DNA from: an uncultured bacterium
GTDB lineage: Bacteria > Bacillota_I > Bacilli_A > RFN20 > CAG-826
NCBI GenBank assembly: GCA_949284685.1
Contig: CASDWE010000001.1
Span: forward strand, 17,216 to 81,215
DNA length: 64,000 nt
Direction of reading: 5' to 3'
Shown: positions 57,591 through 64,000 of the stretch, one piece after another
Layout of the letters: every line of letters begins with the position of its first letter
Position numbering within the stretch: the first letter of the stretch is position 1
Notes under the pieces: model-generated
What the model was told of the DNA's origin: nothing
Database searches by the model: none
Seen by the model: the letters and a program-made list of their open reading frames with translations, nothing else
Program-made: the position numbers and the translations under genes

Positions 57591-58298
57591 TTAAGATTGC
57601 CCATCGATATCATCATTAGTGTTATAATCTTCTTCATCATCATCTAAAAAAGTTTCGCCTGTGATGATATCGCTCCATTTTTCAAATATTTCTTGTCCAA
57701 ACATCAATATTGTATTAATTTCATCATAATCAAATTTGGGATAAAAATCATAATCCTTCTTTAATTTTTCACCAGAAGAATACATTTCACTAGGCTTAGC
57801 TTTTCCAGATAAAAATTTTAATAAGCCGTATTTATTGTCTTCCCAAATCCCATCCCCTTTTGCGTCCACTAATAAGACATTACAAAGAAGAGGAATTTGA
57901 TAAACTTTTTTTGAAATTTGTTTTACATTGAATTCATAATATTCACCACTATCATAAATGTAGGTTAAATTATTGTTTGATTTTTCTAAGGCTTTAAGAA
58001 AATCTTCTCTTTTATAATTTAAAGATTGAATATTGTCATCAACACGATCGACCAACCAAGAAGAATCAACATATTCAATATTATTTAAATGATCAATGAA
58101 ATAAAACATATGTTCAAATTTAGTCTTAAAAAGACTAGCAAGATTTAAACCAAGAACGAATAAATATATATCTTTTCTTACTAAAAGTGTCCGATATAAT
58201 TTGTTTTTAGCGTTTTTAAAAGAAACTTTAATCTTAATATAATCCATATCAAAGATTATTACATAAATTACATTTTTTATAAACAATTTAATATGCAA
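57591..58298 (-). CDS. Hypothetical protein, PRiA4_ORF3-like (plasmid pRiA4b ORF-3 family) with an acidic C-terminus
   Basis: The LYRTLLV...LFVLGLNLASLFKTKFEHMFYF pattern resembles the IWRR...HLHxF core of PF07929. The tail is DDDEEDYNTNDDIDGQS. Confidence 0.35.
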   Translation of the reverse strand: MHIKLFIKNVIYVIIFDMDYIKIKVSFKNAKNKLYRTLLVRKDIYLFVLGLNLASLFKTKFEHMFYFIDHLNNIEYVDSSWLVDRVDDNIQSLNYKREDFLKALEKSNNNLTYIYDSGEYYEFNVKQISKKVYQIPLLCNVLLVDAKGDGIWEDNKYGLLKFLSGKAKPSEMYSSGEKLKKDYDFYPKFDYDEINTILMFGQEIFEKWSDIITGETFLDDDEEDYNTNDDIDGQS

Positions 58299-58622
58299 CT
58301 AAATTCTTTTTTTAAATCGATAAGAAATAATTGCAAAAACCAAATTTGCAAGCGAAAAAGCTATAATTATAAAACTTAATCTAGATAATCCACCAAAAAC
58401 AAAATGAAATGATACAATACTGAATATTAAAATCAATATTGCTAAGATGGAACAAACAAATAATAAAACATTATTTATTTTAAGACATAATGATATTATT
58501 CCAAGAACAAGCAAGATAGTTAATAAAACAAATGAAATTGCTAATAACGCTATAGAAGTTGGATTAATTTTAAAAGAAGAAGATAATTGATAATAAATAA
58601 TAATATTGCAACAGCGCTCCAA
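58299..58622 (-). CDS. Small hydrophobic ORF (107 aa). It may be the out-of-frame continuation of the upstream XRE-membrane gene rather than an independent gene.
   Basis: Three predicted TM helices. It overlaps the 58550..59317 gene by 73 nt in another frame. Confidence 0.25.
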   Translation of the reverse strand: MERCCNIIIYYQLSSSFKINPTSIALLAISFVLLTILLVLGIISLCLKINNVLLFVCSILAILILIFSIVSFHFVFGGLSRLSFIIIAFSLANLVFAIISYRFKKRI

Positions 58623-59317
58623 GAAATAATCGCTACACCGCTGACTAGCTTAAAATAAGTAACTAATGAATTTTTAAAAGCCATATTATTTTTTAAAATA
58701 CGATAAAGATAAACACTTGATAAAATAAGACAAGGAATTATAAGACATATCGCGATTAATAAATCGATATAATTAATTGTAAGTCCTTGATAATATTCAA
58801 ATGTCGGATTATAAACAAAAGAAAATAAGGTTAAAAATCCAAATAAAAATGTAAATATATATAAGATATTAGTAAGGAAAATTAAACTGCTTATTTTAAA
58901 TTTCTTTAAAATTAATATAAAGAAAGTCAAATTAATTGCAAAACATATTAAGGAAATAACAAATCCAATCAATGGCATTTTAAAAAGATACAAACAAAGA
59001 AAATAAGAAATAAAACCGTTAAGAGAAATAAGTATTGATATACAACTTAATACTACATTAATAACTATGTTATTTTTATCAGTGATTTTTTCTTCTTTTT
59101 TGTTTCTTTTACCTTTTAAAATCTCATCGACTGTGATATTAAAAATTTCCGCTAATTTACTTAATAGTTCTAAACTAGGATATCCTTCCCCACATTCGTA
59201 ACGTGAAATAGTTTTATTAGTAACATTTAACATTTCTGCTAATTGTTCTTGGGTATAATGTTTCTCCATTCTAAGTTCGTATAAGAATTTTCCAATAGTT
59301 AGTGCATCTATATGCAA
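58550..59317 (-). CDS. Membrane-tethered XRE-family (HTH_3) transcriptional regulator (second copy of this architecture)
   Basis: 255 aa with an N-terminal HTH (LRMEKHYTQEQLAEMLNVTNKTISRYECG) and about 6 TM helices. AGGAGG lies upstream of ATG 59317. Confidence 0.6.
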   Translation of the reverse strand: MHIDALTIGKFLYELRMEKHYTQEQLAEMLNVTNKTISRYECGEGYPSLELLSKLAEIFNITVDEILKGKRNKKEEKITDKNNIVINVVLSCISILISLNGFISYFLCLYLFKMPLIGFVISLICFAINLTFFILILKKFKISSLIFLTNILYIFTFLFGFLTLFSFVYNPTFEYYQGLTINYIDLLIAICLIIPCLILSSVYLYRILKNNMAFKNSLVTYFKLVSGVAIISWSAVAILLFIINYLLLLKLIQLL

Positions 59318-59649
59318 TACCTCCTAGTTGATAATATACAAATCTTCATAAAAATAAGTTATTCCAAATTTATCTATTTTTAATAGAATAAGGAAAAACG
59401 TAATAAAAAGTCGTATTTGCAAGGTTTTTAAAACAATCTACGATATTTCAATATCAGCAAAATTAGGACAATTTTGATATTCAATTGCTACTCGATAGTA
59501 TTTGCTTTCAAACATCGTAATATTTATTCTTTTTCTTTATCGGATAAATAATACCCTTCTTTACTTTTTGTTAAATAATAATCTTCTTTCACCTAAATCA
59601 GCAATATTCATCAATAAATTTTATTATAAGCGACAATAAAAAATTAAAA

Positions 59650-59667
59650 GTGCCCCAATCGGGGCAC
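59650..59667 (-). terminator. Rho-independent terminator of the 603-aa lipoprotein gene
   Basis: GTGCCCC-aatc-GGGGCAC is a 7-bp GC stem, followed on the minus strand by TTTTAATTTTTT. Confidence 0.65.
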
Positions 59668-59695
59668 GATATTAATTATGAATTTTTTAATATTA

Positions 59696-61507
59696 TTAAT
59701 ACAAATCAACAATAATTAAGACATCTTGATAATTATAATCGGAAATTCTAACCGTGCCAATTTCACGACCATTAATTAATTTTAATGAACTATATGAAGT
59801 TGGTGAAGCGGAAATATTATCAGAAACAAACGAATATAAAATGCCACTAGAATTAAGTGTATTAATTTCCACTCTATTGAATTCGTTATCAACCATGCAA
59901 GAAACGTACATGTTGCCACAAACTTTATAAACGTTTAATGTTTGATAAGGATTGTCGATAATGTTAACAATCCTATTTACATCATAGTCATAGATAACTG
60001 CGTCAATATCATTATAGTAACTGATTGTATATATATTAACTGAAGTGTCAGTTACTGAAATAAAGCTACCTTCAGTAACGGTGTTATATAATGTGCCTTC
60101 AACAGAAGGAACGATAATTTTGCCACTACTTGCAAGAATTGAAGAAACTCCTCTTCTTGTATCATTTAAAATAAAATAACCGGAGTTTTCATCTTCAACA
60201 TAACTACATTCTGTATGGCTAAAATCAGAAACTAAATTCAAATTTAAATCGTAAAGCAACTTTGTCTTTGTATTAAAATAATAACCGCATCTAACTTTAA
60301 TAAATGATAAGACTTCAAAACCTGTAACTTCATCAACAATATTTCCATCACCATCGATAATGATTTCTTTTGTTGAACTTAAAGTTTTGTTATCTAAAAT
60401 TTCACAAGCCGTAGTTAAGGCATAAGTTGGTTCATTATTTTTATCATTCATTGTTTTTGGTTCTGTATTAGTTAAAACATAATCCAAATCGATTGAAGAA
60501 GAAGTTCCTTCTAATAAATCATAACTATAAGTCAACAAATCATATTTAGAAGCACCATTTGAATAATCATAACTTGTGGCATCTTCTGGCAATAAAATTG
60601 ATGATTGAAGGATTATCTTACCATCTACAATTGCTAAACCCACGTTGCCACTATATATATTTGTTGGTGCTAAAAATGAAGAAATAATCGTATTATTTTC
60701 GTCAAAAACATAAATTGTTGAACCGCTTTGATTACCACCTAAATAATATCCATCTAAACCAAACGTGCTCAAATCAAGTGCTTCGTATAAAGGATATGTA
60801 TCAGTTGGTTGGTTGCTATCTTCTGCTTGCACAGCGGTATAATTATCATCGTAAACAAAAGTTGTTTCTAATGATGAACCATCAGCAAGATTTAAATCTA
60901 ATTCTAATGTTAAGACATCGTCTACATAACTATACGCATGAGAAGCAATTACAGAATTTCCACTTGAAACTACTTCTTCTTCTCTATTTCTTGTAAGTTC
61001 ATTTCCATAACTATCATATATAGTTACATAACCATTGCTTCTAACGGTTAAGAAAAAGCCCATATTGGTGTCAGTGGTTACTGTTATTTCATAACTATCG
61101 TTATAATATGATCTACCATCAAAAACCATTTTATGGCTAATCATGGAATAATATGTTGGACGATCGTATTGTGAACCGCTATTAGACTCATAAAAAATCA
61201 ATAAGCCGTAATTCATATAACTTCTATCCAAATAGCAGCCGGATGGCAAATCACTTCCATATGGTGCATCAAATACACTACTACTAGTTACTTCCGACAT
61301 TGAAGAACTAGAAAAATCACCTTCAAGAACAAAGTGTGGCATTTGACTAGAATAAATTTTGTTATCGTTATCTAACAAATTGTTGTCAAGCATTTCAGGA
61401 GTTAATGTTTTAAAATTACCTGAATTGCCTCCTTGATTGTTATCACATCCGCTTAGCCCTAATGCAGATATTAATAATCCAATCATTAATAAATTTTTAT
61501 ATTTCAT
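59696..61507 (-). CDS. Large lipoprotein of unknown function
   Basis: 603 aa with lipobox LSGC (MKYKNLLMIGLLISALGLSGC). Tyr/Ser/Asn-rich, beta-rich composition. Confidence 0.5.
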   Translation of the reverse strand: MKYKNLLMIGLLISALGLSGCDNNQGGNSGNFKTLTPEMLDNNLLDNDNKIYSSQMPHFVLEGDFSSSSMSEVTSSSVFDAPYGSDLPSGCYLDRSYMNYGLLIFYESNSGSQYDRPTYYSMISHKMVFDGRSYYNDSYEITVTTDTNMGFFLTVRSNGYVTIYDSYGNELTRNREEEVVSSGNSVIASHAYSYVDDVLTLELDLNLADGSSLETTFVYDDNYTAVQAEDSNQPTDTYPLYEALDLSTFGLDGYYLGGNQSGSTIYVFDENNTIISSFLAPTNIYSGNVGLAIVDGKIILQSSILLPEDATSYDYSNGASKYDLLTYSYDLLEGTSSSIDLDYVLTNTEPKTMNDKNNEPTYALTTACEILDNKTLSSTKEIIIDGDGNIVDEVTGFEVLSFIKVRCGYYFNTKTKLLYDLNLNLVSDFSHTECSYVEDENSGYFILNDTRRGVSSILASSGKIIVPSVEGTLYNTVTEGSFISVTDTSVNIYTISYYNDIDAVIYDYDVNRIVNIIDNPYQTLNVYKVCGNMYVSCMVDNEFNRVEINTLNSSGILYSFVSDNISASPTSYSSLKLINGREIGTVRISDYNYQDVLIIVDLY

Positions 61508-61548
61508 AAATTTTCCTCCTTTACTTTATTTTATCAAATATGAAATAT

Positions 61549-62448
61549 TTATGAATTAGTAACATTATTATTTGTATTTGATAGTTGTTCCTCCTTTCCG
61601 TTATTTGAAATAGTATTAGAATTATTTTCTTCCATCTTAGCAAAAACATAATCGACAGCTTTATTCATTTTATAACATGTAAAACCTTGCAAAACATCAG
61701 TGCCAATATAAGAAACAATAATTAAAATAATGAAAAATATATTAAGCCCATTTAATTCAATATTCGAAAAATCAAAGGGATTATATTCTCCTGGTATAAA
61801 ATGAGAAATAATTGCAAAATAAACAAACAAACCACCAATAATAAAAATTGGTAAAGTTAGCATAATAACAACAAAAGCCACATTTCTTTTTCTATATGCT
61901 CTTCTTTTTTCATTTATTTTTTGTACTATTTTAATGCAATATTTTTCTCTTGAACTCCTAATTAAAAAGCTAAACAATAGATAAAGGATATAAATAGATA
62001 TTACACCTATAATGATATAAACTATTATATCAATTACCATAAATAACATAGCAAAAATATTGTTACCAACAAACGAACCAATAAAAGAAAATAATAATTC
62101 GTAAAATGAATAATCACCAGCGATAGGTGCTACAAATATCAACATAGTAATTAATGAAAGAAAATTAATCAAAAACATAAACAAAAATATATGTTCAAAC
62201 ATCTTTTTGTTACTTTCATAAATATTTTTATATTTAGTTTGCATAACAAAAGCAGGATTAACAGGCTGTTGATTAATATTTGTAGCAGGAAGTGTGTTTT
62301 GCTGTTGATTAGTAACATTATTATTTGTTTCTTCTTTAACAGCACTACTCATATCCACTACTTCTTCTGGCCATTTGAATTTTACATTACAATGTGGACA
62401 TCTTTCTGGCCGACCTTCAAATACTTGCTGACACTTTGGACATTTCAC
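61549..62448 (-). CDS. Zinc-ribbon (CPxC...CPxC) membrane protein
   Basis: MKCPKCQQVFEGRPERCPHCNVKF at the N-terminus, followed by a Gln/Asn-rich linker and about 5 TM helices. Confidence 0.5.
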   Translation of the reverse strand: MKCPKCQQVFEGRPERCPHCNVKFKWPEEVVDMSSAVKEETNNNVTNQQQNTLPATNINQQPVNPAFVMQTKYKNIYESNKKMFEHIFLFMFLINFLSLITMLIFVAPIAGDYSFYELLFSFIGSFVGNNIFAMLFMVIDIIVYIIIGVISIYILYLLFSFLIRSSREKYCIKIVQKINEKRRAYRKRNVAFVVIMLTLPIFIIGGLFVYFAIISHFIPGEYNPFDFSNIELNGLNIFFIILIIVSYIGTDVLQGFTCYKMNKAVDYVFAKMEENNSNTISNNGKEEQLSNTNNNVTNS

Positions 62449-62837
62449 TATTTTCTATCTCCGCTAGTTGGCAATGTCGAAATTTCAACAACATTTGATT
62501 TAGGCGAACTAATAACATAGTCTTCTTTATATTCAGCATAAGCTTGAACATAAAATAAACCTCTTCCTCTAAAATTATTAAAACTATAGGTGTTAGTAAT
62601 TACTTTTGCGTATTTTTCATCGTTTGAAGCATTATAAATAATATAATAATCCGCTAATTTGACTTCCTCCCAAGAAATAGTCAAACTATTCGTTTCTGAT
62701 ATTTCTACATTAGGAGTAGATAAACTAAATCGCAAAACATCACTTACAGAACAAGAAGTCAAAAACATTAATATTGGTAAGGTCATTAAGATTTTTTTAA
62801 ATGTTTTCATTATTTTTTCCTCCTTATGCATACTCAA
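62448..62837 (-). CDS. Small lipoprotein, FN3/Ig-like
   Basis: Probable start MKTFKKILMTLPILMFLTSC (ATG ~62810) with lipobox LTSC, then a ~100-aa beta-sandwich-like domain. Confidence 0.45.
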   Translation of the reverse strand: MSMHKEEKIMKTFKKILMTLPILMFLTSCSVSDVLRFSLSTPNVEISETNSLTISWEEVKLADYYIIYNASNDEKYAKVITNTYSFNNFRGRGLFYVQAYAEYKEDYVISSPKSNVVEISTLPTSGDRK

Positions 62838-63603
62838 TTAAATCGTTAATAAAATAAAAGCCGAAAGCGCTAGCGATATAATAACCAATCATTCCACCAT
62901 AAATTAAAACCAAGATAAAAATGTTCCCGATGTCAACAATTCCATTAGATATGTCGATTACTTCCGCATTAACAAATCCGTTGTAAAATAAATTAATGCT
63001 CATGATAAATAAGAAAAATCCTATAATAGCGTTAAACAAATGAAAAATACTTATAAATTCGCGTTGATAAATAATCATCATTATAACAATATATATAACT
63101 GATAATCCTCCCGCGGTAATAACCATATATGAGGTTTCACTTGATAATCTTTCAAAATCACTAGCAAGCATTAAGCCTCTTTCAACAAACATTTCTAATT
63201 TAGATAAATTAAATATGAAAATGTCTTGATAAAAATACGCTAAAACAAAAAATCCTGCTGTTATTATAGGAAGTATAATTAAAGTTATTATGCTAAATTC
63301 TTTATCACGTATTTCATTGATTTTATTAAATACAATTGAAAATGCAACAAAAAATATTACCCCAGCCGCTAACAAAACTAAAAACGCTAGCCAATCAGAT
63401 AATAATAAAGTAAAAATAGAACCAGCCAGTAATAATATGAAAACTACAACGTAAATAAATTTAGCAACTGGAAATTTAATCACTTCACGATAGTTTTTTT
63501 TAAAATCCCGTTCAAAATCATTAGCACAAAGATATAATTTATTTGCTGATATATTAATATTGAGAAGATTATTAATTTCTTCAAAATCTTTAATTTTTCT
63601 CAT
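62824..63603 (-). CDS. Polytopic membrane protein of unknown function
   Basis: 259 aa with about 6 TM helices. It overlaps the downstream lipoprotein gene. Confidence 0.45.
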   Translation of the reverse strand: MRKIKDFEEINNLLNINISANKLYLCANDFERDFKKNYREVIKFPVAKFIYVVVFILLLAGSIFTLLLSDWLAFLVLLAAGVIFFVAFSIVFNKINEIRDKEFSIITLIILPIITAGFFVLAYFYQDIFIFNLSKLEMFVERGLMLASDFERLSSETSYMVITAGGLSVIYIVIMMIIYQREFISIFHLFNAIIGFFLFIMSINLFYNGFVNAEVIDISNGIVDIGNIFILVLIYGGMIGYYIASAFGFYFINDLIEYA

Positions 63604-63617
63604 GTCTGTGCCCTCCT

Positions 63618-64000
63618 TTACTTAACGCTAGAATAAATGTCAGATAAAACTTTTTCATATTCTTTATCGACAATTTTTTTAATTTCTTTATTATAAAAAT
63701 CGCTGCAAAAATCAATCAATCTTTGCTGTGTGGAATTGCTGCTTTGTGACAATTTAGAATTATTTTTGCTAATCATGGACGATATATAGTATTTATTTTC
63801 ATGATATAATTGTGCAATTTTATATATAACTTCTTTCATATAATCGGGATTGTATTTTAGTTTTTTTCTTGTTGGATAATATTTAAGACGGCAAACCTCA
63901 TGAGTATAATAATAAAAATCGGCAAACTTATATGTGTCAGCGGTTCCAGATTTAACTATTATAGATGAAGAATATCTATTAAATAATTTTTTAAAATATT
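63618..64000 (-). CDS. Hypothetical protein. The minus-strand frame stays open upstream to the window edge, so the gene is probably N-terminally truncated by the window.
   Basis: The track gives 63618..63839 (73 aa). The same frame continues without a stop from 63840 to 64000 (…YFKKLFNRYSSSIIVKSGTADTYKFADFYYYTHEVCRLKYYPTRKKLKYNPDY-MKEV…). Confidence 0.4.
   Translation of the reverse strand, partial: YFKKLFNRYSSSIIVKSGTADTYKFADFYYYTHEVCRLKYYPTRKKLKYNPDYMKEVIYKIAQLYHENKYYISSMISKNNSKLSQSSNSTQQRLIDFCSDFYNKEIKKIVDKEYEKVLSDIYSSVK

Noticed and set aside
59318-59640. 17-codon minus-strand mini-ORF (MNIADLGERRLLFNKK) in the long 5' region upstream of the second XRE-membrane gene
   Set aside because: It has no RBS, is short, and sits in AT-rich non-coding DNA, so it is most likely chance.
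1-64000. Alternative genetic code (UGA=Trp, Mycoplasma/Spiroplasma) given the AT-richness and Mollicutes-like PotA
   Set aside because: TGA is used as a genuine stop, for example potC at 1140-1142 where it overlaps the potD ATG. Long ORFs are continuous under the standard code with Trp encoded by TGG.
1-64000. Looked for tRNA/rRNA genes and transposases/IS elements
   Set aside because: No GC-rich cloverleaf-like segments or rRNA-like conserved stretches were seen in the intergenic regions. No DDE transposase or integrase-like ORFs were found, and no inverted-repeat-bounded elements.

Overview
This 64-kb window is an AT-rich, low-GC Firmicutes/Mollicutes-related chromosome segment; hand-counted samples run about 22–33% GC. 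It uses the standard genetic code: TGA acts as a stop (the potC stop TGA at 1140-1142 overlaps the potD ATG) and Trp is TGG. Almost all genes lie on the minus strand and are tightly packed. Left to right the window holds: (1) the potDCBA spermidine/putrescine ABC importer; (2) a ~9.5-kb minus-strand gene string of amidohydrolase (MTA/SAH-deaminase-like), MBL hydrolase, membrane protein, GH3 beta-glucosidase, acyl-ACP thioesterase, aguB and a single 869-aa fusion of arginine decarboxylase with agmatine deiminase; (3) an iron block with a DtxR/MntR-family regulator, an esterase, feoA-feoA-feoB, and a 58-aa Cys-rich ORF that the ORF track missed; (4) an ~11-kb xylose catabolic operon (LacI regulator, TIM-barrel isomerase, Gfo/Idh/MocA oxidoreductase, ABC substrate-binding protein, ATPase, a permease carrying a ~300-aa coiled-coil tail, xylA, xylB); (5) pyk, a flavin-reductase-like protein and a heterodimeric ABC exporter pair; (6) a MerR/AdhR-type regulator plus Fe-alcohol dehydrogenase module with a classic 19-bp-spacer MerR promoter; (7) a ZIP metal transporter, a membrane-anchored extracellular endonuclease I, a PaaI thioesterase and DegV/FakB; (8) a complete type II-A CRISPR-Cas locus, with a 10-repeat array, csn2, cas2, cas1, a 1416-aa cas9 and a divergent tracrRNA whose anti-repeat and terminator are visible; (9) an accessory envelope block with two membrane-tethered XRE regulators, an ECF sigma/anti-sigma pair, lipoproteins and a Zn-ribbon membrane protein. 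I saw no rRNA, tRNA, transposase or integrase. The stand-out accessory system is the CRISPR-Cas locus, together with its leader and tracrRNA features and the adjacent envelope-signalling genes.
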